DNA of 64,000 bases. Source: Candidatus Poribacteria bacterium. GTDB lineage: Bacteria; Poribacteria; WGA-4E; PCPOR2b. Of the stretch, positions 41,570 to 51,282 are shown piece by piece. Where the stretch lies: assembly GCA_965204355.1 (NCBI GenBank), contig OZ241983.1:500483-564482 (forward strand), in the 5' to 3' direction. A program made the translations under genes and the position numbers. The notes below the pieces were generated by a model that worked only from the letters and a program-made list of their open reading frames with translations, did no database searches and was not told the DNA's origin. Each line of letters starts with the position of its first letter. Within the stretch, counting starts at the first letter, position 1.

Positions 41570-43726
41570 TCATTCAGCTACGGGATTCATAAGTATATTT
41601 CCTTCGCTATCCAGATATCCGCGATAGTCAGGCGGAACGACGATGGTAGAATCGTATTCGTCAATAAGCAGGGGACCGGTTGTGCCTTCGTCTCCGAGAT
41701 CGTGGCGTGAGACGACGGGGGTATCGATTGTTCCCCACGATGCGCCGAAATGAGCCTCCCGACTCGGTGCGCGTACGCCGAGGCGTTCTGCTGGATTGAG
41801 GGCACCTTGTTGACCGCGTATACCCGCCTGCCCAATCAATCGTACCGCCACAACTTCGACTGGATTGTCCGGATCGGATCTATGTCCATAGAGCCGTTCG
41901 TGTTCTGTCTCAAAGGTTGTATGCAACGCCTCCACTGTTGTTTCGGTGAAGTTCTCATCTGCCACTGGTAGGCGTATCTCTGAGGCTTGCCCCTTAAAAC
42001 GGATGTCTACGCTGCAACTCAGCGTCACTTGGTCGGCGGGGTAGCCTTCGGTCTCGAATTGGGCGAGCATATTGCGCTGCATCTCCGCTTTGATTTGTTC
42101 CAAAGTCCCTGCATTGAGCGTTTCGCCGGAGAGAAGACAACTTCGGACATCGTGATGCTCTACACCGGAAAAGAGTAAGCCCAGGGTGCTGAATAGACCG
42201 GGCAGCGGCGGCACGATAACCTGACGGATCAAGAGTTCTTTTGCCAACCCTGCTGCGTGGATTGGACCGGATCCGCCAAACGCCATCAGGACGAACTCCC
42301 GTGGATCACGTCCACGCTCGGTGGAAACCGCGCGTAGTGCGCGCATGGTGCGGGCATTGGCGATTCGGTGAATCCCCTCCGCAGCTTGGACCAGATTCAT
42401 GCCGAGGGGTACAGCGATACGATCATGTATCGCTCGGTGTGCGGCTTCAATGTCGATGCTGACTTCGCCATCAGCCAATTCACCGGGGCGGATATAACCC
42501 AACACTACATTGGCATCGGTGACAGTCGGTTCTGTCCCTCCACGTTGATAGCAAGCTGGGCCCGGGACAGCGCCTGCACTGCGGGGACCGACGTGCAGAC
42601 CGCCTACACCATCCAGATACGCGATGCTACCACCGCCGGATCCAACTTCAGCGATGTCGATGCTCGGCGCGCGGATCAGTTCGCCGCCCCCGCCGACGAG
42701 TCGGTTTCCTGCCGAAATCGAAGCGCCAACTTCATATTCTGGGCTGTAAGCGACTGCGCCATCTTCAATCATAGAGGCTTTGGCGGTGGTGCCTCCCATG
42801 TCGAGTGTAATGAGGTTATCTGTTCCCAGCCGTTGTGCGGTGAATCCAGCCGCTAGAACACCGGCAGCGGGCCCCGATTCCAAAACAAAGACCGGCAGTT
42901 GTGCAGCGTCTGCCTCTGGCGTTAAGCCGCCCGCTGATTGCATCATCAGCAACGGTCCCTCAATTCCCATCTCCTGTAGACCGCTACGCATCGCGTTCAA
43001 GTACCGCTGCATGACGGGCCGGACATAAGCGTTGACGACGGTGGTGGCGGTGCGTTCGTACTCTTTGCGTTCCGGGAGGACTTCGGAAGAGAGCGAAACA
43101 GGGACATTTGGCAATTCTGTTCGCAGAAAATCACCGACAATGTTTTCGTGTTGTGGGAAGGCGTAGGCATGGAGGGTACAGACCGCTACAGATTCGACTG
43201 CCTCTTTTTCCAACTCCTCCTTGAGACGCCACAGTTCTGACTCCGATAGTGGGGTCAGCACCTCGCCGGACGCAGAGATCCGTTCCGTGAGTTCAAAGCG
43301 CAGATAGCGATCAACAAGTGCTTGCGGTTTTTCAAAGAACAGGTCATACATCTGGGGTGCACGGATGCGCCTCAGTTCGAGAACGTCTCGGAAGCCTTTG
43401 GTGGTGATCAGTGCAGTTTTTGCACCCCGTTTTTCCAGAACGGCGTTGGTTGCTACTGTGGTGCCGTGTGCGACTTCGCTGACGTTTGTTCCTAACCCCC
43501 CTGTCAAGTCCCGATCCATCGGGATTGCCTTTCCCCCCTTGTCAGGGGGGTTGGCGTTGGTTGTGTGCAGCAGATGCTCGATCGCGTTTAGCACCGCTCG
43601 CTCAAAATTGGGAGGTGTGGACGGGACTTTATGGGTCCAGAGGTTTCCGTTAGCGTCGATTAGGACGACATCGGTGAAGGTGCCGCCGACATCCGCACCG
43701 ATTCGCAATGTGTTTTGATTGGTCAT
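41570..43726 (-). CDS. hydantoinase A / N-methylhydantoinase A (HyuA, oxoprolinase-like) family protein
   Basis: 718-aa ORF with LRIGADVGGTFTDVVLID... and HGTTVATNAVLE, the hydantoinase A signature. Confidence 0.85.
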   Translation of the reverse strand: MTNQNTLRIGADVGGTFTDVVLIDANGNLWTHKVPSTPPNFERAVLNAIEHLLHTTNANPPDKGGKAIPMDRDLTGGLGTNVSEVAHGTTVATNAVLEKRGAKTALITTKGFRDVLELRRIRAPQMYDLFFEKPQALVDRYLRFELTERISASGEVLTPLSESELWRLKEELEKEAVESVAVCTLHAYAFPQHENIVGDFLRTELPNVPVSLSSEVLPERKEYERTATTVVNAYVRPVMQRYLNAMRSGLQEMGIEGPLLMMQSAGGLTPEADAAQLPVFVLESGPAAGVLAAGFTAQRLGTDNLITLDMGGTTAKASMIEDGAVAYSPEYEVGASISAGNRLVGGGGELIRAPSIDIAEVGSGGGSIAYLDGVGGLHVGPRSAGAVPGPACYQRGGTEPTVTDANVVLGYIRPGELADGEVSIDIEAAHRAIHDRIAVPLGMNLVQAAEGIHRIANARTMRALRAVSTERGRDPREFVLMAFGGSGPIHAAGLAKELLIRQVIVPPLPGLFSTLGLLFSGVEHHDVRSCLLSGETLNAGTLEQIKAEMQRNMLAQFETEGYPADQVTLSCSVDIRFKGQASEIRLPVADENFTETTVEALHTTFETEHERLYGHRSDPDNPVEVVAVRLIGQAGIRGQQGALNPAERLGVRAPSREAHFGASWGTIDTPVVSRHDLGDEGTTGPLLIDEYDSTIVVPPDYRGYLDSEGNILMNPVAE
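43507..43545. repeat. family-C repeat unit embedded in-frame inside the hydantoinase A CDS
   Basis: GTCCCGATCCATC...CCCCCCTTGTCAGGGGGG shares exact 13-mer and 18-mer matches with the intergenic tandem repeat at 53203-53292. It encodes ...NPPDKGGKAIPMDRD... in hyuA. Confidence 0.6.
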
Positions 43727-43728
43727 CG

Positions 43729-45426
43729 TTATCTTGTCCCGTTCCGAGGACTCCGATGAATCGGAGGGATTACCGGTAATGTGATGTGAGAAGGGTATTG
43801 TGTGTTATGATAGATTGTCTGATGCGCCACCTCAATTTCGGTGTCCAGTCCCGGCGTGCTGCCGGTGTTTTGGTTCCGGTCAAAGCGCGGGAAGTTGCTA
43901 CTGGAGACTTCGACGCGAATTTGGTGCCCCGCCTTGAAGAGATTGCTTGTTTCCCAGAGTACAATCTTGTAGACACAGATGGTTTCGGGTTCAATCAGTG
44001 TTGGCTCTTCATAAGAATTGCGAAATCGCGCCCGCACAATGCCTTCGCAGATATTGATCGCTTTCCCGCCCGGATGCACATCGACAAGCGTTGCAGTGAA
44101 GTCGGTATCTGGCGCGGTGGAGGCGGCATAGAGCGTTAGTTCAATCTGTCCTGTAACTTCTAAATCCTCGGTGAGCGGGGGTGTTGAATAGACTAATACA
44201 TCGTCTCGGCGTTCCACAGATCGCCGGTCTTGTGGCCCCGTGTTATCAATAAACATGCTCTGACCGCCCACGGTGGGGACGGGATTTTCGGGATCATAGG
44301 TGAAAGAATCTGTTGGTTCGTTTTGTGGCGGTTGAGCGGTCAGCTCGCCATCGCCGTGGAGGGAGTTGGCGCGTCCCCCGCTGTGCAAATAAAACTTAGT
44401 GTATTGCGTCCGTGCGGGGGGCCACTCGTGCTCGTGGCGCCAGATATTCGCTCCCATCACAAAGATTCGGATAGGTGGCTCGTCGTCGATCCCGGTGTCG
44501 ATTCCTTTTAGTCGTTGATCGTACCAACGGATGTGCGCGTCCGGAATATCCACCATTGCGTTTGAACCGAAGTCGATGTCACCGAACGGCTCGGCGCTGC
44601 CGATTGCGGTATGCGTCCACGGACCCACGAGGAGTTTTGTTTTCGATCGAGTTTCCGGGGTTCGGGCTTGTGTCGTCCACCCGGTGAAACACTTGAAGCC
44701 TTCGTGCACGAGATTATCGTACCATCCGGTGATAAAATATGCGGGTGTGTCTACGTCGGAGTATCTATACTTCATGCTGTAGGATTTCCAGAAATCATCA
44801 AAGGCGTTGTGTCGGATCACCTCTCGATAGAACGGACGATCACCGATGCTATCAAGGGCAGAAATTAGCGGCAACCGCCGGTAGACCTCCTCCCAATCAA
44901 TTAGATCTCTCGGCGCGTTCTGGTTTGTGCGGTCGCCGAGCCAGATGAAGTTCATGGCGTTCTGGAGTTGTAGCACACCGTTATACCGCATGTGGCCGTA
45001 GTTGTCCTCTTGGTTGGCGATCGGGACGAGCCCCTTGACGTAGGGGCTGCGGAGCGCTGCTGGTAGAATCTGGGTAAATCCGGGATAGGAAATGCCGAAA
45101 GTTCCGATATTTCCGTCACACCACGGTTGAGTGCCCAACCACTGTTGTGTGTCGTAGCCGTCGTTGGTCTCGTCGATGTAGGGTCGCCACACCCCCTCTG
45201 AATCGTAGCGTCCACGGGAGTCCTGCATCACCACTGCGTAGCCGCTTTGTGCGAAGCGCACCGCCCAATCCACATACCGCGGGTGTTGGGTGCTGTAGGG
45301 AGATCGGATGAGCAGGGCAGGGAACTTATCGCCTACAGCCGGACGGTACAAGGCACCGTAGAGCCGGACGCCATCGCGCATGGGAATTTTGAGATCTAAC
45401 TGGATGCGGAGATTGTGGTTTGACAT
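43729..45426 (-). CDS. CocE/NonD family hydrolase (X-Pro dipeptidyl-peptidase S15-like)
   Basis: 565-aa ORF: ...IPMRDGVRLYGALYRPA...LLIRSPYSTQ... plus a C-terminal beta-sandwich domain. Confidence 0.8.
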   Translation of the reverse strand: MSNHNLRIQLDLKIPMRDGVRLYGALYRPAVGDKFPALLIRSPYSTQHPRYVDWAVRFAQSGYAVVMQDSRGRYDSEGVWRPYIDETNDGYDTQQWLGTQPWCDGNIGTFGISYPGFTQILPAALRSPYVKGLVPIANQEDNYGHMRYNGVLQLQNAMNFIWLGDRTNQNAPRDLIDWEEVYRRLPLISALDSIGDRPFYREVIRHNAFDDFWKSYSMKYRYSDVDTPAYFITGWYDNLVHEGFKCFTGWTTQARTPETRSKTKLLVGPWTHTAIGSAEPFGDIDFGSNAMVDIPDAHIRWYDQRLKGIDTGIDDEPPIRIFVMGANIWRHEHEWPPARTQYTKFYLHSGGRANSLHGDGELTAQPPQNEPTDSFTYDPENPVPTVGGQSMFIDNTGPQDRRSVERRDDVLVYSTPPLTEDLEVTGQIELTLYAASTAPDTDFTATLVDVHPGGKAINICEGIVRARFRNSYEEPTLIEPETICVYKIVLWETSNLFKAGHQIRVEVSSSNFPRFDRNQNTGSTPGLDTEIEVAHQTIYHNTQYPSHITLPVIPPIHRSPRNGTR

Positions 45427-45582
45427 GGAATATTCTTTTCACCTCCTTAAAGGATTTTTATTTTAACGCAAAGTCGCAAGGACGCTAAGAAATATCAATA
45501 TAGGACTTACGCAGCTGGAAATTGGGCAGGCACAAGACCTGCCCCTACAATGGATTGGTTCCCCTTGCTACTGAAAATTCTT

Positions 45583-46398
45583 CTATCCTGAAAATCCTGA
45601 TTCGGTTTTGGCTAGTTGTTCAATAAATGCTGCATGAGCGGTAGCCTGTAGTCCTGCCCCCAATTCTGATGAGACCTTCACTCGATCTCCTTCTATCAGT
45701 GCTGCCACCGCCAAACGTAAGCCGGGAAAGACTTGACTCTCAATGACTCCCTCCGCATTGGGAACCAACGCCGCATATTCTTCATTGACAAGCCGAAACC
45801 AATCGAGTCGTCCATCCTGTGTCTGCCACACAATATATTCCTGCACACCACACCGGCGGTACACCTCAAGTTTTTCCTGTAAATCGTAGTCCGCGCTAGT
45901 CCCAGCGATTTCGACGATTAATTCTGGTGCACCCTCTACATACCCTTCGTCAATGATGCGTGACCGTCCTCCCTGTGGAGGTTCTATCCGTAACAGTGCA
46001 TCGGGTTGGTGTTCATTGTTGGAATCGAGGTAAACTGTGGTGTTATCTGCCAAGTCAACACCGGGGGTTGCTATCCAATACGCCCCTAACCATGCCATAA
46101 TCTGAGCGTGGGGTCTGCCATGAAAATCTATTCGTACAGGTGATGGCGTGTACACAACTCCTTCAATCAATTCTGCTTTTTTCAGATGGGGCATCCCCTC
46201 ATAGCGCCGTTCAAATTCGTCCCGCGTCAGCCGTTCACCGTGCTTCAGTGGTGGAACATTCTCGCTGTGCATTGTCGGTTGTGCACGAACTTCCTTCTCT
46301 GTCGTTCTTCCGACACTCATGATGAGTATTCCTCCTCTCATTACTCCAGTACTGTTAGTTTGCGGACTCGGATCACAATCTAACAGATCGTGGTACAA
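45583..46398 (-). CDS. Uma2 family (DUF820) putative PD-(D/E)xK endonuclease
   Basis: LTRDEFERRYEGMPHLKKAELIEGVVY...IVEIAGTSADYDLQEKLEVYRRCGVQEYIVWQ follows the Uma2 pattern. True start uncertain (several in-frame Met). Confidence 0.65.
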   Translation of the reverse strand: MYHDLLDCDPSPQTNSTGVMRGGILIMSVGRTTEKEVRAQPTMHSENVPPLKHGERLTRDEFERRYEGMPHLKKAELIEGVVYTPSPVRIDFHGRPHAQIMAWLGAYWIATPGVDLADNTTVYLDSNNEHQPDALLRIEPPQGGRSRIIDEGYVEGAPELIVEIAGTSADYDLQEKLEVYRRCGVQEYIVWQTQDGRLDWFRLVNEEYAALVPNAEGVIESQVFPGLRLAVAALIEGDRVKVSSELGAGLQATAHAAFIEQLAKTESGFSG

Positions 46399-46609
46399 GA
46401 GAATACTTTTACGAGATAATTTTTTGAAGTCGATTTTGGAAAATCGACCTACAGCAGGGCTAATCGGGGCCCATTAACTTTGGTGCTAGTTAGTGAGAAA
46501 GTCGTTTCCACATTGTTCCAGTCGCTTTGGATCCCGATTTATCGGGGAGTTCATTGGTCGGTTGGTTCATTCATTCTTCTTACGTTCCATCCTTCGGATA
46601 CACATGTCG

Positions 46610-46660
46610 CCCCGCTGGGGCTTTAGGATATTTGTTTATCCGTGTACTATAAACATGTCG
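46610..46660. repeat. REP-like element, family B (copy 2, second half truncated or disrupted)
   Basis: ACACATGTCGCCCCGCTGGGGCTTTAGG...CTATAAACATGTCG; the matching ...GGGGCTAAATGAACC tail lies ~70 nt away at ~46727. Confidence 0.6.
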
Positions 46661-46844
46661 AAAATACCCACAGCGTTGCATAAAGTGCTAGGCTCAATGA
46701 GCCAGGAATAGACGGACAACATACCGGGTATTCGGGGCTAAATGAACCGATGAACCAATGATTTTCACAGGTCACGCATCACGTTATTAACAGCTGCAAA
46801 CTAGCACCATTGGTTTATATCATACGGCTAAAGCAGGGCAAACC

Positions 46845-49800
46845 TTACTTGAGTATCAGCATCCGTCGCGTCGCTGTGAATTCTCCTGCTGTCAGCGTAT
46901 AGAAATAGAGGCCACTGGCAACAGGTTCTCCAAGTTGGTTACGTCCGTCCCAATAGGCTGCACGGCTGCGACTCTGATACATACCCGCTGCTTGATGCCC
47001 CACCGCCAACCGCCGAATTGATTGCCCATTCCCATCATAAATCGTCAGCGTGACTTCTGCCGGCTCCGCCAACTGATACGGAATCCATGTCTCCGGGTTA
47101 AATGGGTTTGGATAGTTACGGAGCAATGCAGTCTCATCGGGAATCAGTGAAGCCAACAGTTTTTCGAGATTTTCGATGCCCTGTCTGAACGCGAGCGAGC
47201 CGTCGTCTTCCAACCGTGCCTGTGCGATCCACGCTTCTATCATTGCCGCATCTATGTCATCTGTCCCAACCAGCGGTGCTGCGGGAGCGGCGGCGTTGCC
47301 GATTGCCTGCGCGACGACAGCCAGATCAAGGATGTTGACAACACCATCACCGTTGACATCCGCAGGATCGTCAGCAGAAACCCTTTGATTCAGTTTCTGT
47401 GCGACAAGCACCAGATCCACAATGGTGACAACCCCATCTCGATTTACGTCTCCCGTAGTAAGCTCGCCCTCAACAGTGATGCGGATTCCGTGGGCAATTG
47501 CATCAATCGTATCACCGCCAAGCGAGACGAACTGGAGGTTACGCAGTGTTACCTCCGACTCTCCACTCGATTTCGCTTTGAAGCGCGCCTTCACCAGGGT
47601 GCCGGTGCCGGTGACGCCTTGAGTGGATAGCCGCGCAGCGGTGAGCCCAGTGATTTGACCTTTACTATTATCAATGCTCCCACTTTGAAAGAAGGTTGCT
47701 GCGCCTGTCTTTAGGAAACCACCTTCGCTCACGTCTACGGCTTCAAGTATGTTGGGATCAAACACAATATCAAACTGATAGCCCATCAAGTTCGAGACAT
47801 TTCGGGCGTGAATATCGAGGGTAAACGTCTCGCCACGATGAATGGTTGCTGGAGAAATGGTGTATTCAACACCGGTATTTGCCACGGTATATTCCGTACC
47901 CGGTTCAAACCCAAAAAAGCCGTTACCATCGTCATCATGGATACTAACCGCGACTAATAAGACATTTCTTCCCTGCTTCAGTGCGACTGAGACAAAATCT
48001 TGGTAATCGTTACCATGCCAATAAGGTCTGCGCCTGTAAATCGCAGTCCCGTTGAGCCAAACCTTTACCCCGCGTTTGCCGCCGACGTACATCGTTGTAT
48101 TCTGTTCCCGCGGAGAATACAGCGATATAGAACCGTAGACCGCTCCATCTCCGTGGATCGCTCCGTCAAGATGGGAACGTTTCAACATATCTTCAATGAT
48201 AGCTCCGAGGTTATTCCAGCCCGTAGGTGGGAGGTTATGGTAGGTCCATACATCATCACCGACAGGTTTTCCTGCTGTTGCCCCACGGGTAGCAATCCCG
48301 ATCTCTGTTACCGTGCCCCCACTCACTTCTGATAGCAAATCTATGTTTCTGCTATCCAGTCTTGCCTCCGGTAACACAACCCATAGCCACGGGCCCTCTA
48401 TTTTCGGTCCTCCTTTTGGGAACGCCGGATTACCGAACCATGTAAGTTTTATATTCTCTCGTAACCCGTCCAAAGGCGAAAGGTCAGAAATCTTGTTGTC
48501 GTAGATTCCCAGCCATTCCAAGTTGGCTAACCCTGCAATCGACGATATATCCGATATATTGTTCTCACCAAGATCCAGACGAGTTAACTTGGCTAACCTC
48601 GAAAGGACTGATATATCTGATATTCCGTTGCCGCGAAGATACAGTTCTTTCAAACCCGTTAAACTCGCCAAAGGCATAAGGTTTGATAGATCTGCGCCAC
48701 AAATATCTATCCTTTCCATTTTTGTTAATCCTGCAAGGGGTGACAGATCGGATATGGGGTTGCCCCATGTATTAATGCCTTTCAGGTTGATTAACCCTGC
48801 AAGGGGCGATATGTCAGAGATTTTGCCTTTGCCATCGGAAAAAGCTATCCACTCCAGATTAATTAGTCCTGCAACCGGCGACAAGTCGGTTACCAAAGTG
48901 TCATCCAATACCAATTCAGTGAGATTTGTTAAACTTCTCACTGGAGATAAATCGGATACCAAAGTGTGATTCAACACCAGATATTTGAGGTTTTTTAAGC
49001 CCTGCAGGGGTGATAGATCAGATATGGGATTATAGTGAAGGGAGAGTCTACGCAGGTTGATTAATCCCGCTATCGGCGAAAGGTCAGATACCTGATTGCC
49101 CTGCCCTCCCCAATGACCAAGAATTAACTCGTCCAAATTTGTTGCAAACTGAAGCCCTGTCAAATCTTGGATGCCCTTGTTCCGTGCATCGAGTTCTCTC
49201 AACCTTTTCATCTCCTCCACAGTAATTGGAGCATTGGGGTTTTTACCAAGTTCCTCTGCAATTGCAGCACGGAGGTTGGGGTCAGGAATACGAACAACGG
49301 TTCCCGGCGGCTGGTCAGGCTGCGAGGGACTGTCTACCTGTTCGTCAGGGAAATCCAATGCGTAAATGATCGCAGGAAAACTTGATGTCCATGCGTCCCG
49401 TTTCATGCTGCCATTGGGACTGTCCAATACCAATAATCCTGCGTTCTGTAGCCCTACATTCTCACGGATCTTCTCTTGGAAGGCTGCTGTCTCTAACCCA
49501 ACGACCGCGGCAGCGTATTCAGCGTCCACCTCACCCTGAAACGCCTCATGGAAACGAGCAATCGGTTCAATATCATCAACCGCGCCGTCTGTCGCTTCAA
49601 GAGCACCCCTATACCGCTCCATATCTTCAGCGATGAGCGCGTCCAGCCTCGACTGCTCGACGTAAAGGCGTAACACCTGCGCTTTGTCATAAGTTGGGTT
49701 GGCATTGCTCTCTATCACGGGACGCACCTGATCCACAACGGCTTTTATGCCTTCGGTATGGCAACCGAAACAGGAGAGTCCGTTCCGCACCGTCGGATCA

Positions 49801-51008
49801 CTCGCTGCGGGATTAGAAACAATCCCTATCGGTGCTGCGTCCAACCGCGAACCCGCCGCCGTCGTGATGTAGTAACCTTGTAGCCCGTTGGGCAGGTTGA
49901 AGATAACCTCGCCGCCATCATGGGTGAAAGCGAGGGGGTGGTTGAAGATGTTCTGTGTGCCGACACTGCCAGCGAAGTCGTAACTTTTCCAATATGCGTC
50001 ATAGCGAGAGGTATGTCGTTCTATCACCCGGTTGTTTGGAGACACCCCTGAATTGTTAGTCCCTGCCCGCCAGACACGCACACCCGGTGCATTGGTGATA
50101 TTGCGCGCCACATCAACCTCAAGTCGAGTTTCTAATTCCCTATCTGTCAGTGGCAAATCGAGTAGATCGTGGTACAATGGGGGTAAAGATGCTGTCGCAA
50201 GAAACCAGTCAACATGCACCGATGGCATATCACACTTCATCTCCGTCTGTAACCGCGTCAGTTGTACCTTCAGGGCGGTCTGTGTTGGGGCATCATACGC
50301 GATATGGTAGGGATATGTGCCTTCAATCTGCGTCCAAGCGTCATTGACATCCCACTCGTAGTGTCTGAGGTCGATGTAGAAAATTGTCCCCTGAGTGTCT
50401 ATCGGCTCCGGGTTGGTAACGGCACTCCCCCATGAGAGGCTGTTGACTAACTTGTTAAGTCCCTTACGGTATTCTTGGAGGATGCTCGGTGGCTCGCCTG
50501 CGTTGTAGAGGTGGGTGAGTGTGAAGTAACGGGCAAAGGCGCGGTTAAATGGTGAGAGAGTCATCAGGTGGGTTTCGATGCTATTGAGCATTTCACTGGG
50601 GGAGATGAGGCGACGGTCTGTAGGAGCGGGTGCCGTCCAATCGGGTGCACTGGCTAAAATCCAGTTTTTCACTGTTTCAATCTGCGGATCGGGTAGAGGG
50701 GGGCCTCCCAGCGGCATCAGTTGTCCCCCTTCTCCAAGAAGCCGCTTATACAGTCTAGAAGCTTCTGGGGTTCCCGGAACAACGGGACCGTTTTCTGTAA
50801 TGAGTGCTTTGTGTTCCATTAAGAGTGTTTCTTTATAGGCACCGTTAGGACCGTGACAGTTGAAGCAGCTCTGTTGAAAGATGGCGTAGGTATCTAGGGC
50901 AATCTGTTGTTGGGCGGATATGTTTTGGGAGCATGCGATGAGGATTAATAGACTGATGAGTGCGATGCGATACTGCTGCTTACAAACCACTGAATAACGC
51001 TTACACAT
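46845..51008 (-). CDS. giant secreted multidomain protein (1.39k aa) with cytochrome c (2x CxxCH), leucine-rich repeat, cohesin-like and dockerin-like domains and a T9SS C-terminal sorting domain
   Basis: Signal peptide MCKRYSVVCKQQYRIALISLLILIACSQNISAQ (start ATG 51008). CFNCHG and CFGCHTE heme motifs. ~11 LRRs (L..L.L..N.ISDLSPL). Cohesin-like beta-sandwich. Two dockerin-like DVNRDGVV/DVNGDGVV calcium loops. C-terminal NYPNPFNPETWIPYQL...IYDGNGQ...WDGRNQLGEPVASGLYFYTL matches the Por_Secre_tail pattern. Confidence 0.7.
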   Translation of the reverse strand: MCKRYSVVCKQQYRIALISLLILIACSQNISAQQQIALDTYAIFQQSCFNCHGPNGAYKETLLMEHKALITENGPVVPGTPEASRLYKRLLGEGGQLMPLGGPPLPDPQIETVKNWILASAPDWTAPAPTDRRLISPSEMLNSIETHLMTLSPFNRAFARYFTLTHLYNAGEPPSILQEYRKGLNKLVNSLSWGSAVTNPEPIDTQGTIFYIDLRHYEWDVNDAWTQIEGTYPYHIAYDAPTQTALKVQLTRLQTEMKCDMPSVHVDWFLATASLPPLYHDLLDLPLTDRELETRLEVDVARNITNAPGVRVWRAGTNNSGVSPNNRVIERHTSRYDAYWKSYDFAGSVGTQNIFNHPLAFTHDGGEVIFNLPNGLQGYYITTAAGSRLDAAPIGIVSNPAASDPTVRNGLSCFGCHTEGIKAVVDQVRPVIESNANPTYDKAQVLRLYVEQSRLDALIAEDMERYRGALEATDGAVDDIEPIARFHEAFQGEVDAEYAAAVVGLETAAFQEKIRENVGLQNAGLLVLDSPNGSMKRDAWTSSFPAIIYALDFPDEQVDSPSQPDQPPGTVVRIPDPNLRAAIAEELGKNPNAPITVEEMKRLRELDARNKGIQDLTGLQFATNLDELILGHWGGQGNQVSDLSPIAGLINLRRLSLHYNPISDLSPLQGLKNLKYLVLNHTLVSDLSPVRSLTNLTELVLDDTLVTDLSPVAGLINLEWIAFSDGKGKISDISPLAGLINLKGINTWGNPISDLSPLAGLTKMERIDICGADLSNLMPLASLTGLKELYLRGNGISDISVLSRLAKLTRLDLGENNISDISSIAGLANLEWLGIYDNKISDLSPLDGLRENIKLTWFGNPAFPKGGPKIEGPWLWVVLPEARLDSRNIDLLSEVSGGTVTEIGIATRGATAGKPVGDDVWTYHNLPPTGWNNLGAIIEDMLKRSHLDGAIHGDGAVYGSISLYSPREQNTTMYVGGKRGVKVWLNGTAIYRRRPYWHGNDYQDFVSVALKQGRNVLLVAVSIHDDDGNGFFGFEPGTEYTVANTGVEYTISPATIHRGETFTLDIHARNVSNLMGYQFDIVFDPNILEAVDVSEGGFLKTGAATFFQSGSIDNSKGQITGLTAARLSTQGVTGTGTLVKARFKAKSSGESEVTLRNLQFVSLGGDTIDAIAHGIRITVEGELTTGDVNRDGVVTIVDLVLVAQKLNQRVSADDPADVNGDGVVNILDLAVVAQAIGNAAAPAAPLVGTDDIDAAMIEAWIAQARLEDDGSLAFRQGIENLEKLLASLIPDETALLRNYPNPFNPETWIPYQLAEPAEVTLTIYDGNGQSIRRLAVGHQAAGMYQSRSRAAYWDGRNQLGEPVASGLYFYTLTAGEFTATRRMLILK

Positions 51009-51125
51009 AGAGAGTGGCTCCTGAAATGCGAGTTTGTAAAGGTTACGGCACACGGCGTCGCGACAAATTGGGACGATAATCTGTGCCCTCTGTCTCATCC
51101 GTTGAATCCGCGATTTAGACAAAGG

Positions 51126-51210
51126 GAACATGTCGCCCCTCTGGGGCTTGGAAGGAAGGGCCTATCGCCCGGCTATAAACATATCGCCCCTCTGGGGCTA
51201 AATACCCCCA
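51126..51210. repeat. REP-like bipartite element, family B (copy 3)
   Basis: AACATGTCGCCCCTCTGGGGCTTGG-(N)-GGCTATAAACATATCGCCCCTCTGGGGCTAAATACC, between the giant gene's start and the AKR gene. Confidence 0.75.
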
Positions 51211-51282
51211 AATTATAGCATAGTTCCCCCATAGAACGGATAAAAAAGTGCTGAACAGATGCAGTAACTATTGATGTAAATA

